From assembly GCF_963921235.1 (NCBI RefSeq), contig NC_086108.1, positions 118,050,001 to 118,114,000 of the forward strand: a stretch of 64,000 bases of DNA. The letters are read 5' to 3'. This stretch comes from Mobula hypostoma. Lineage: Eukaryota. This document shows, one piece after another, positions 39,801 to 52,700 of this stretch. Every line of letters begins with the position of its first letter. Positions within the stretch are counted from its first letter, which is position 1. The notes under the pieces were generated by a model. It did not search any database. It was not told the origin of the DNA and saw only the letters and a list, made by a program, of their open reading frames with translations. The position numbers and the translations under genes were made by a program.

Positions 39801-42800
39801 GAGATTCAGGGCATGAGATTCACGGATGGAGATTCAGGGCATGAGATTCAGGGCAGGAGTTTCTGCACAAGAGATTCAGGGCAGGAGTTTCAGGGCAGGA
39901 GATTCAGGGCAGGAGTTTCAGGGCAGGAGATTCAGGGCAGGAGTTTCAGGGCATGAGATTTAGTGCATGAGTTTCGGGGCAGGAGCTTCAGGGCAGGAGT
40001 TTCTGCACAGGAGATTCAGGGCATGAGATTCACGGATGGAGATCCAGGGCATGAGATTCAGGGCCGGCGTTTCTGCAGAGGAGGTTCAGGGTAGGAGTCT
40101 CAAGGCATGAGATTCAAGGCTGTAGTTTCAGGGCTTGAGATTCAGAGCAGTAGTTTCAGGGCATGAGATTCAGGGCAGTAGTTTCAGGGCATGAGATTCA
40201 GGGCAGGAGTTTCAGGGCATGAGATTCAGGGCTGTGGTTTCAGGGCAGGAGATTCAGGGCAGGAGTTTCAGGGCATGAGATTCATGGCAGTAGTTTCAGG
40301 GCATGAGATTCAGGGCAGGAGTTTCAGGGCATGAGATTCAGGGCATGCGATTCAGGGCATGAGATTCAGGGCATGAGTTTAAGAACAGGAGTTTTAAGGC
40401 AGAGATTCAGGGCAGTACTTTCAGGGCATGAGATTAAGGGCAGGAGTTTCGGGGCATGAGATTCAGGGCATGAGTTTCAGGGCTTGAGATTCAGGGCAGG
40501 AGTTTCAGGGCATGAGATTCAGGGCATGAGATTCAGGGCAGGAGATTCAGGACAGGAGTTTCAGGGCATGATATTCAGAGCAGGAGTTTCAGGGCATGAG
40601 ATTCAGGGCATGAGATTCAGGGCGGGAGATACAGGGCATGAGTTTCAGGGCATGAGATTCAGGGCAGGAGTTTCAGGGCTTGAGATTCAGGGCAGGAGTT
40701 TCAGGGCATGAGATTCAGGGCATGAGATTCAGGGCAGGAGATTCAGGACAGGAGTTTCAGAGCATGAGATTCAGGGTATGATTTTCAGGGCAGGTGTTTC
40801 AGAGCAGGAGTTTCACGGCATGAGATTCAGGGCATGCGATTCAGGGCATGAGATTCAGGGCATGAGTTTAAGAACAGGAGTTTTAAGGCATGAGATTCAG
40901 GGCAGTAGTTTCAGGGCATGAGATTAAGGGCAGGAGTTTCGGGGCATGAGATTCAGGGCATGAGTTTCAGACCAGGAGTTTCAAGGCATGAGATTCAGGG
41001 CATTAGTTTCAGGGCTTGAGATTCAGGGCAGGAATTTCAGGGCATGAGATTCATGGCATGAGATTCAGGGCGGGAGATACAGGGCATGAGTTTCAGGGCA
41101 TGTCATTCAGGGCATGAGTTTCAGGGCAGGAGATTCAGAACAGGAGTTTCAGGGCATGTTTTACAGGGCAGGAGATTCAGGGCAGGAGTTTCAGGGCAGG
41201 AGTTTCAGGGCAGGAGATTCAGGGCAGGAGTTTCAGGGCATGAGATTCAGGGCAGGAGTTTCAGGGCATGAGATTCAGGGCAGGAGATTCAGGGCAGGAG
41301 TTTCAGGGCAGAAGTTTCAGGGCAGGAGTTTCAGGACATGATTTCAGGGAATGAGATTCAGGGCAGCAGTTCAGGGCAGGAGATACAGGGCAGGAGTTTC
41401 TGGGCAGGAGACTCAGGGCAGGAGTTCAGAGGATTGGAGTTTCTGCACAGGAGTTTCAGGGCTGATGTTTCATGGCAGTAGTTTCAGGGCAGGAGTTTCA
41501 GGGCATGAGATTCAGGGCAGGAGATTCAGGGCAGGAGATTCAGGGCATGAGATTCAGGGCAGGAGATTCAGGGCATGAGATTCAGGGCAGGAGTTTCAGG
41601 GCAGGAGATTCAGGGCAGGAGTTTCAGGGCAGGAGATTCAGGGCAGGAGTTTCAGGGCAGGAGATTCAGGGCAGGAGTTTCAGGGCATGAGATTCAGGGC
41701 ATGAGTTTCAGGGCAGGAGATTCAGGGCAGGAGTTTCAGGGCAGGAGATTCAGGGCATGAGATTCAGGGATAGAGATTCAGGGCATGAGATTCAGGGCAG
41801 GAGTTTCAGGGCAGGAGATTCAGGGCAGGAGTTTCAGGGCATGAGATTCAGGGCAGTAGTTTCAGGGCTTGAGATTCAGGGCAGGAGTTTCAGGGCATGA
41901 GATTCAGGGCAGTAGTTTCAGGGCATGAGATTCAGGGCAGGAGTTTCAGGGCATGAGATTCAGGGCTGTGGTTTCAGGGCAGGAGATTCAGGGCAGGAGT
42001 TTCAGGGCATGAGATTCAGGGCAGTAGTTTCATGGCATGAGATTCAGGGCATGAGTTTCAGAGCATGAGATTCAGGGCATGAGATTCAGGGCAGGAGTTT
42101 CAGGGCATGAGATTCAGGGCATGAGTTTCAGGGCTTGAGATTCAGGGCAGGAGTTTCAGGGCATGAGATTCAGGGCATGAGATTCAGGGCAGGAGATTCA
42201 GGACAGGAGTTTCAGGGCATGATATTCAGAGCAGGAGTTTCAGGGCATGAGATTCAGGGCATGAGATTCAGGGCAGGAGATTCAGGGCATGAGTTTCAGG
42301 GCATGAGATTCAGGGCAGGAGTTTCAGGGCTTGAGATTCAGGGCAGGAGTTTCAGGGCATGAGATTCAGGGCATGAGATTCAGGGCAGGAGATTCAGGGC
42401 AGGAGTTTCAGGGCATGAGATTCAGGGCATGATTTTCAGGGCAGGAGTTTCAGAGCAGGAGTTTCAGGGCATGAGATTCAGGGCATGAGATTCAGGGCAT
42501 GAGATTCAGGGCATGAGTTTCAGAACAGGAGTTTCAAGGCATGAGATTCAGGGCAGTAGTTTCAGGGCATGAGATTCAGGGCAGGAGTTTCAGGGCATGA
42601 GATTCAGGGCAGGAGTTTCAGGGCATGAGATTCAGGGCAGGAGATTCAGGGCAGGAGTTTCAGGGCAGGAGATTCATGGCAGTAGTTTCAGGGCATGAGA
42701 TTAAGGGCAGGAGTTTCGGGGCATGAGATTCAGGGCATGAGTTTCAGACCAGGAGTTTCAAGGCATGAGATTCAGGGCATTAGTTTCAGGGCACGAATTT

Positions 42801-43799
42801 CAGGGCATGAGATTCATGGCATGAGATTCAGGGCAGGAGATTCAGGACAGGAGTTTCAGGGCATGATATTCAGAGCAGGAGTTTCAGGGCATGAGATTCA
42901 GGGCATGAGATTCAGGGCGGGAGATACAGGGCATGAGTTTCAGGGCATGAGATTCAGGGCATGAGTTTCAGGGCAGGAGATTCAGGGCAGGAGTTTCAGG
43001 GCATGAGATTCAGGGCATGAGTTTCAGGGCATGAGATTCAGGGCTGTGGTTTCAGGGCAGGAGATTCAGGGCAGGAGTTTCAGGGCTTGAGATTCAGGGC
43101 AGGAGTTTCAGGGCATGAGATTCAGGGCAGGAGGTTCAGGACAGGAGTTTCAGGGCATGATATTCAGAGCAGGAGTTTCAGGGCATGAGATTCAGGGCAT
43201 GAGTTTCAGGGCACGAGATTTAGGGCATGATTTTCAGGGCAGGTGTTTCAGAGCAGGAGTTTCAAGGCATGAGATTCAAGGCAGTGGTTTCAGGGCTTGA
43301 GATTCAGAGCAGGAGTTTCAGGGCATTAGATTCAGGGCTTGAGATTCAGGACAGGAGTTTCAGGGCAGGAGATTCAGAGCAGGAGTTTCAGGGCATGAGA
43401 TTCAGGGCAGGAGTTTCAGGGCAGGAGATTCAGGGCAGTAGTTTCAGGGCATGAGATTCAGGACAGGAGTTTCAGGGCATGATATTCAGAGCAGGAGTTT
43501 CAGGGCATGAGATTCAGGGCATGAGTTTCAGGGCACGAGATTTAGGGCAGGTGTTTCAGGGCATGAGATTCAGGGCATGATTTTCAGGGCAGGTGTTTCA
43601 GAGCAGGAGTTTCAAGGCATGAGATTCAAGGCAGTGGTTTCAGGGCTTGAGATTCAGAGCAGGAGTTTCAGGGCATTAGATTCAGGGCTTGAGATTCAGG
43701 ACAGGAGTTTCAGGGCAGGAGATTCAGAGCAGGAGTTTCAGGGCATGAGATTCAGGGCTGGAGTTTCAGGGCAGGAGATTCATGGCAGTAGTTTCAGGG

Positions 43800-46700
43800 C
43801 ATGAGATTCAGGACAGGAGTTTCAGGGCATGATATTCAGAGCAGGAGTTTCAGGGCATGAGATTCAGGGCATGAGATTCAGGGCGGGAGATACAGGGCAT
43901 GAGTTTCAGGGTATGAGATTCAGGGCATGAGTTTCAGGGCAGGAGATTCTGGGCAGGAGTTTCAGGGCATGAGATTCAGGGCATGAGTTTCAGGGCATGA
44001 GATTCAGGTCATGAGTTTCAGACCAGGGGTTTCAAGGCATGAGATTCAGGGCATTAGTTTCAGGGCTTGAGATTCAGGGCAGGAATTTCAGGGCATGAGA
44101 TTCAGGGCATGAGTTTCAGGGCATGAGATTCAGGGCATGAATTTCAGAGCAGGAGTTTCAAGGCATGAGATTCAGGGCAGTAGTTTCAGGGCTTGAGATT
44201 CAGGGCAGGAGATTCAGGACAGGAGTTTCAGGGCATGAGATTCAGGGCTGTGGTTTCAGGGCAGGAGTTTAAGGGGATGAGAATCAGGGCATGAGTTTCA
44301 GAGCAGGAGTTTCAAGGCACGAGATTCAGAGCAGTAGTTTCAGGGCTTGTGATTCAGGGCAGGAGTTTGAGAGCATGAGATTCAGGGTAGTACATTCATG
44401 GCTTGAGATTCAGGGCATGAGATTCAGGGCAGGAGATTCAGGAAAGGAGTTTCATGGCATGAGATTAAGGGCTGTGGTTTCAGGGCAGGAGATTCAGGGC
44501 AGGAGTTTCAGGGCTTGAGATTCGAAGCAGGAGTTTCAGGGCATGAGATTCAGGGCAGTAGATTCAGGGCTTGAGATTCAGGGCATGAGATTCAGGGCAG
44601 GAGATTCAGGGCAGGAGTTTCAGGGCTTGAGATTCAGTGCATGAGATTCAGGGCAGGAGATTCAGGGCAGGAGTTTCAGGGCATGAGATTCAGGGCATGA
44701 GATTCAGGGCAGGAGTTTCAGGGCATGAGATTCAGGGCAGGAGTTTCAGGGCAGGAGATTCAGGGCAGGAGTTTCAGGGCAGGAGATTCAGGGCATGAGT
44801 TTCAGGGCATGAGATTCAGGGCATGAGATTCAGGGCAGGAGGTTCAGGACAGGAGTTTCAGGGCATGATATTCAGAGCAGGAGTTTCAGGGCATGAGATT
44901 CAGGGCATGAGTTTCAGGGCACGAGATTCAGGGCAGGTGTTTCAGGGCATGAGATTCAGGGCATGATTTTCAGGGCAGGTGTTTCAGAGCAGGAGTTTCA
45001 AGGCATGAGATTCAGGGCAGTAGTTTCAGGGCTTGAGATTCAGAGCAGGAGTTTCAGGGCATTAGATTCAGGGCTTGAGATTCAGGACAGGAGTTTCAGG
45101 GCAGGAGATTCAGAGCAGGAGTTTCAGGGCATGAGATTCAGGGCTGGAGTTTCAGGGCAGGAGATTCATGGCAGTAGTTTCAGGGCATGAGATTCAGGAC
45201 AGGAGTTTCAGGGCATGAGATTCAGGGCATGCGATTCAGGGCATGAGATTCAGGGCATGAGATTCAGGGCGGGAGATACAGGGCATGAGTTTCAGGGTAT
45301 GAGATTCAGGGCATGAGTTTCAGGGCAGGAGATTCTGGGCAGGAGTTTCAGGGCATGAGATTCAGGGCATGAGTTTCAGGGCATGAGATTCAGGTCATGA
45401 GTTTCAGACCAGGGGTTTCAAGGCATGAGATTCAGGGCATTAGTTTCAGGGCTTGAGATTCAGGGCAGGAATTTCAGGGCATGAGATTCAGGGCATGAGT
45501 TTCAGGGCATGGGATTCAGGGCATGAATTTCAGAGCAGGAGTTTCAAGGCATGAGATTCAGGGCAGTAGTTTCAGGGCTTGAGATTCCGGGCAGGTAGTT
45601 TCAGGGCTTGAGATTCAGGGCATGAGATTCAGGGCAGGAGATTCAGGACAGGAGTTTCAGGGCATGAGATTCAGGGCTGTGGTTTCAGGGCAGGAGTTTA
45701 AGGGGATGAGAATCAGGGCATGAGTTTCAGAGCAGGAGTTTCAAGGCACGAGATTCAGTGCAGTAGTTTCAGGGCTTGAGATTCAGGGCAGGAGTTTGAG
45801 GGCATGAGATTCAGGGTAGTACATTCATGGCTTGAGATTCAGGGCATGAGATTCAGGGCAGGAGATTCAGGAAAGGAGTTTCATGGCATGAGATTAAGGG
45901 CTGTGGTTTCAGGGCAGGAGATTCAGGGCAGGAGTTTCAGGGCTTGAGATTCGAAGCAGGAGTTTCAGGGCATGAGATTCAGGGCAGGAGATTCAGGACA
46001 GGAGTTTCAGGGCATGAGATTCAGGGCAGGAGATTCAGGGCAGGAGTTTCAGGGCATGAGATTCAGGGCAGGGGATTCAGGGCAGGAGATTCAGGGCAGG
46101 AGTTTCAGGGCATGAGATTCAGGGCATGAGATTCAGGGCAGGAGTTTCAGGGCAGGAGATTCAGGGCAGTAGTTTCAGGGCAGGAGATTCAGGGCAGGAG
46201 TTTCAGGGCTGGAGTTTCTGTGCATGAGATTCAGGGCAGGAGTTTCAGGGCAGGAGATTCAGGGCAGGAGTTTCAGGGCATGAGATTCAGGGCAGGAGTT
46301 TCAGGGCATGAGATTCAGGGCATGAGTTTCAGGGCAGGAGATTCAGGGCAGGAGATTCAGGGCATGAGATTCAGGGCAGGAGTTTCAGGGCATGAGATTC
46401 AGGGCAGGAGTTTCAGGGCATGAGATTCAGGGCAGGAGATTCAGGGCAGGAGTTTCAGGGCATGAGATTCAGGGCAGGAGATTCAGGGCAGGAGTTTCAG
46501 GGCAGGAGTTTCAGGGCAGGAGATTCAGGGCAGGAGATTCAGGGCAGGAGATTCAGGGCAGGAGTTTCAGGGCAGGAGTTTCAGGACATGAGTTTCAGGG
46601 CATGAGATTCAGGGCAGGAGTTTCAGGGCAGGAGATTCAGGGCAGGAGTTTCAGGGCAGGAGATTCAGGGCAGGAGTTTGAGGATTGGAGTTTCAGGGCA

Positions 46701-49700
46701 GGAGTTTCAGGGCTGAGTTTCATGGCAGTGAGATTCAGGGCAGGAGTTTCAGGGCATGAGATTCAGGGCAGGAGTTTCAGGGCAGGAGATTCAGGGCATG
46801 AGATTCAGGGCAGGAGATTCAGGGCATGAGATTCAGGGCAGGAGTTTCAGGGCAGGAGATTCAGGGCAGGAGTTTCAGGGCATGAGATTCAGGGCAGGAG
46901 TTTCAGGGCAGGAGATTCAGGGCAGGAGTTTCAGGGCATGAGATTCAGGGCATGAGTTTCAGGGCAGGAGATTCAGGGCAGGAGTTTCAGGGCAGGAGAT
47001 TCAGGGCATGAGATTCAGGGCATGAGTTTCAGGGCATGAGATTCAGGGCAGGAGTTTCAGGGCAGGAGATTCAGGGCAGGAGTTTCAGGGCATGAGATTC
47101 AGGGCAGGAGTTTCAGGGCTTGAGATTCAGGGCAGGAGTTTCAGGGCATGAGATTCAGGGCAGTAGTTTCAGGGCATGAGATTCAGGGCAGGAGTTTCAG
47201 GGCATGAGATTCAGGGCTGTGGTTTCAGGGCAGGAGATTCAGGGCAGGAGTTTCAGGGCATGAGATTCAGGGCAGTAGTTTCAGGGCATGAGATTCAGGG
47301 CAGGAGTTTCAGGGCATGAGATTCAGGGCATGAGTTTCAGGGCATGAGATTCAGGGCATGAGTTTCAGAACAGGAGTTTCAGGGCATGAGATTCAGGGCA
47401 GTAGTTTCAGGGCATGAGATTCAGGGCAGGAGTTTCAGGGCATGAGATTCAGGGCAGGAGTTTCAGGGCATGAGATTCAGGGCAGGAGTTTCAGGGCATG
47501 AGATTCAGGGCAGGAGTTTCAGGGCATGAGATTCAGGGCATGAGATTCAGGGCAGGAGATTCAGGGCAGGAGTTTCAGGGCATGAGATTCAGGGCATGAG
47601 ATTCAGGGCAGGAGATTCAGGGCAGGAGTTTCAGGGCATGAGATTCAGGGCATGAGTTTCAGGGCAGGAGATTCAGGGCAGGAGTTTCAGGGCATGAGAT
47701 TCAGGGCATGAGATTCAGGGCATGAGATTCAGGGCATGAGTTTCAGAACAGGAGTTTCAGGGCATGAGATTCAGGGCTGTAGTTTCAGGGCATGAGATTC
47801 AGGGCAGGAGTTTCAGGGCATGAGATTCAGGGCATGAGTTTCAGACCAGGAGTTTCAAGGCATGAGATTCAGGGCATTAGTTTCAGGGCTTGAGATTCAG
47901 GGCAGGAGTTTCAGGGCATGAGATTCAGGGCAGGAGTTTCAGGGCATGAGATTCAGGGCATGAGATTCAGGGCAGGAGATTCAGGGCATGAGTTTCAGGG
48001 CATGAGATTCAGGGCATGAGTTTCAGGGCAGGAGATTCAGGGCAGGAGTTTCAGGGCATGAGATTCAGGGCATGAGATTCAGGGCTGTGGTTTCAGGGCA
48101 GGAGATTCAGGGCAGGAGTTTCAGGGCTTGAGATTCAGGGCAGGAGTTTCAGGGCATGAGATTCAGGGCAGGAGATTCAGGACAGGAGTTTCAGGGCATG
48201 AGATTCAGGGCAGGAGTTTCAGGGCATGAGATTCAGGGCATGAGTTTCAGGGCAGGAGATTCAGGGCATGAGTTTTCAGGGCAGGAGTTTCAGAGCAGGA
48301 GTTTCAAGGCATGAGATTCAGGGCAGTAGTTTCAGGGCTTGAGATTCAGGGCAGGAGTTTCAGGGCATGAGATTCAGGGCAGGAGTTTCAGGGCATGAGA
48401 TTCAGGGCATGAGTTTCAGGGCAGGAGATTCAGGGCAGGAGTTTCAGGGCATGAGATTCAGGGCATGAGTTTCAGGGCAGGAGTTTCAGAGCAGGAGTTT
48501 CAAGGCATGAGATTCAGGGCAGGAGTTTCAGGGCTTGAGATTCAGAGCAGGAGTTTCAGGGCATTAGATTCAGGGCTTGAGATTCAGGACAGGAGTTTCA
48601 GGGCAGGAGATTCAGAGCAGGAGTTTCAGGGCATGAGATTCAGGGCTGGAGTTTCAGGGCAGGAGATTCATGGCAGTAGTTTCAGGGCATGAGATTCAGG
48701 ACAGGAGTTTCAGGGCATGATATTCAGAGCAGGAGTTTCAGGGCATGAGATTCAGGGCATGAGATTCAGGGCGGGAGATACAGGGCATGAGTTTCAGGGT
48801 ATGAGATTCAGGGCATGAGTTTCAGGGCAGGAGATTCTGGGCAGGAGTTTCAGGGCATGAGATTCAGGGCATGAGTTTCAGGGCATGAGATTCAGGTCAT
48901 GAGTTTCAGACCAGGGGTTTCAAGGCATGAGATTCAGGGCATTAGTTTCAGGGCATGAGATTCAGGGCAGGAATTTCAGGGCATGAGATTCAGGGCATGA
49001 GTTTCAGGGCATGGGATTCAGGGCATGAATTTCAGAGCAGGAGTTTCAAGGCATGAGATTCAGGGCAGTAGTTTCAGGGCTTGAGATTCCGGGCAGTAGT
49101 TTCAGGGCTTGAGATTCAGGGCATGAGATTCAGGGCAGGAGATTCAGGACAGGAGTTTCAGGGCATGAGATTCAGGGCTGTGCTTTCAGGGCAGGAGTTT
49201 AAGGGGATGAGAATCAGGGCATGAGTTTCAGAGCAGGAGTTTCAAGGCACGAGATTCAGAGCAGTAGTTTCAGGGCTTGTGATTCAGGGCAGGAGTTTGA
49301 GAGCATGAGATTCAGGGTAGTACATTCATGGCTTGAGATTCAGGGCATGAGATTCAGGGCAGGAGATTCAGGAAAGTAGTTTCATGGCATGAGATTAAGG
49401 GCTGTGGTTTCAGGGCAGGAGATTCAGGGCAGGAGTTTCAGGGCTTGAGATTCGAAGCCGGAGTTTCAGGGCATGAGATTCAGGGCAGTAGATTCAGGGC
49501 TTGAGATTCAGGGCATGAGATTCAGGGCATGAGATTCAGGGCAGGATATTCAGGAAAGGAGTTTCAGGGCATGAGATTCAGGGCTGTGGTTTCAGGGCAG
49601 GAGATTCAGGGCAGGAGTTTAAAGGCATGAGATTCAGGGCAGTAGTTTCAGGGCTTGAGATTCAGGGCAGGAGTTTCAGGGCATGAGATTCAGGGCAGTA

Positions 49701-52700
49701 GATTCAGGGCTTGAGATTCAGGGCATGAGATTCAGGGCAGGAGATTCAGGGCAGGAGTTTCAGGGCTTGAGATTCAGGGCAGGAGATTCAGGACAGGAGT
49801 TTCAGGGCATGAGATTCAGGGCTGTGGTTTCAGGGCAGGAGATTCAGGGCAGGAGTTTCAGGGCTGGAGAATCAGGGCATGAGTTTCAGAGCAGGATTTT
49901 CAAGGCACGAGATTCAGGGCAGGGGTTTCAGGGCATGAGATTCAGGGCAGGAGGTTCAGGACAGGAGTTTCAGGGCATGATATTCAGAGCAGGAGTTTCT
50001 GGGCATGAGATTCAGGGCATGAGATTCAGGGCAGGAGATTCAGGGCATGAGTTTAAGAACAGGAGTTTTAAGGCAGGAGATTCTGGGCAGGAGTTTCAGG
50101 GCATGAGATTCAGGGCATGAGTTTCAGGGCATGAGATTCAGGGCATGAGTTTCAGACAGGAGTTTCAAGGCATGAGATTCAGGGCAGGAGTTTCAGGGCA
50201 TGAGATTCAGGGCAGGAGATTCAGGACAGGAGTTTCAGGGCATGAGATTCAGGGCAGGAGTTTCAGGGCATGAGATTCAGGGCATGAGATTCAGGGCATG
50301 AGATTCAGGGCATGAGTTTAAGAACAGGAGTTTTAAGGCAGGAGATTCTGGGCAGGAGTTTCAGGGCATGAGATTCAGGGCATGAGTTTCAGGGCATGAG
50401 ATTCAGGTCATGAGTTTCAGACCAGGGGTTTCAAGGCATGAGATTCAGGGCATTAGTTTCAGGGCATGAGATTCAGGGCAGGAATTTCAGGGCATGAGAT
50501 TCAGGGCATGAGTTTCAGGGCATGGGATTCAGGGCATGAATTTCAGAGCAGGAGTTTCAAGGCATGAGATTCAGGGCAGTAGTTTCAGGGCTTGAGATTC
50601 CGGGCAGTAGTTTCAGGGCTTGAGATTCAGGGCATGAGATTCAGGGCAGGAGATTCAGGACAGGAGTTTCAGGGCATGAGATTCAGGGCTGTGGTTTCAG
50701 GGCAGGAGTTTAAGGGGATGAGAATCAGGGCATGAGTTTCAGAGCAGGAGTTTCAAGGCACGAGATTCAGAGCAGTAGTTTCAGGGCTTGTGATTCAGGG
50801 CAGGAGTTTGAGAGCATGAGATTCAGGGTAGTACATTCATGGCTTGAGATTCAGGGCATGAGATTCAGGGCAGGAGATTCAGGAAAGGAGTTTCATGGCA
50901 TGAGATTAAGGGCTGTGGTTTCAGGGCAGGAGATTCAGGGCAGGAGTTTCAGGGCTTGAGATTCGAAGCCGGAGTTTCAGGGCATGAGATTCAGGGCAGT
51001 AGATTCAGGGCTTGAGATTCAGGGCATGAGATTCAGGGCAGGATATTCAGGAAAGGAGTTTCAGGGCATGAGATTCAGGGCTGTGGTTTCAGGGCAGGAG
51101 ATTCAGGGCAGGAGTTTAAAGGCATGAGATTCAGGGCAGTAGTTTCAGGGCTTGAGATTCAGGGCAGGAGTTTCAGGGCATGAGATTCAGGGCAGTAGAT
51201 TCAGGGCTTGAGATTCAGGGCATGAGATTCAGGGCAGGAGATTCAGGGCATGAGATTCAGGGCAGGAGATTCAGGACAGGAGTTTCAGGGCATGAGATTC
51301 AGGGCTGTGGTTTCAGGGCAGGAGATTCAGGGCAAGAGTTTCAGCGCTGGAGAATCAGGGCATGAGTTTCAGAGCAGGATTTTCAAGGCACGAGATTCAG
51401 GGCAGGTTTCAGTTTCAGGGCATGAGATTCAGGGCAGGAGGTTCAGGACAGGAGTTTCAGGGCATGATATTCAGAGCAGGAGTTTCAGGGCATGAGATTC
51501 AGGGCATGAGATTCAGGGCAGGAGATTCAGGGCATGAGTTTCAGGGCATGAGATTCAGGGCATGAGTTTCAGGGCACGAGGTTTAGGGCAGGTGTTTCAG
51601 GGCATGAGATTCAGGGCATGATTTTCAGGGCAGGTGTTTCAGAGCAGGAGTTTCAAGGCATGAGATTCAAGGCAGTAGTTTCAGGGCTTGAGATTCAGAG
51701 CAGGAGTTTCAGGGCATTAGATTCAGGGCTTGAGATTCAGGACAGGAGTTTCAGGGCAGGAGATTCAGAGCAGGAGTTTCAGGGCATGAGATTCAGGGCT
51801 GGAGTTTCAGGGCAGGAGATTCATGGCAGTAGTTTCAGGGCATGAGATTCAGGGCAGGAGTTTCAGGGCTTGAGATTCAGAGCAGGAGTTTCAGGGCATG
51901 AGATTCAGGGCTGGAGTTTCAGGGCAGGAGATTCATGGCAGTAGTTTCAGGGCATGAGATTCAGGGCATGCGATTCAGGGCATGAGATTCAGGGCATGAG
52001 TTTAAGAACAGGAGTTTTAAGGCATGAGATTCAGGGCAGTAGTTTCAGGGCATGAGATTAAGGGCAGGAGTTTCGGGGCATGAGATTCAGGGCATGAGTT
52101 TCAGACCAGGAGTTTCAAGGCATGAGATTCAGGGCATTAGTTTCAGGGCTTGAGATTCAGGGCACGAATTTCAGGGCATGAGATTCATGGCATGAGATTC
52201 AGGGCATGAGATTCAGGGCATGAGATTCAGGGCAGGAGATTCAGGACAGGAGTTTCAGGGCATGAGATTCAGGGCTGTGCTTTCAGGGCAGGAGTTTAAG
52301 GGCATGAGAATCAGGGCATGAGTTTCAGAACAGGAGTTTCAAGGCACGAGATTCAGTGCAGTAGTTTCAGGGCTTGAGATTCAGGGCAGGAGTTTCAGGG
52401 CATGAGATTCAGGGCAGTAGATTCAGGGCTTGAGATTCAGGGCATGAGATTCAGGGCAGGAGATTCAGGGAATGAGATTCAGGGCATGAGATTCAGGGCA
52501 GGAGATTCAGGAAAGGAGTTTCAGGGCATGAGATTCAGGGCTGTGGTTTCAGGGCAGGAGATTCAGGGCAGGAGTTTCAGGGCATGAGATTCAGGGCAGT
52601 AGTTTCAGGGCTTGAGATTCAGGGCAGGAGTTTCAGGGCATGAGATTCAGGGCAGTAGATTCAGGGCTTGAGATTCAGGGCATGAGTTTCAGGGCAGGAG

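Larger units (their letters stand above)
1..40090 (+). repeat. Satellite subfamily A domain (diverged monomers organised in HORs)
   Basis: Recurrent diagnostic variants: GAGTTAGAGGACTGGAGTTACTGCAC, CATGTTTTACAGGG, GGGTAGAAGTGTCAGGG, CAGACATGAATTTC, GGACTTTCGGAACAGG, TTCACGGA, TTTCTGCACAGG. They are abundant up to ~40090 and survive only as relics afterwards. Confidence 0.9.
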
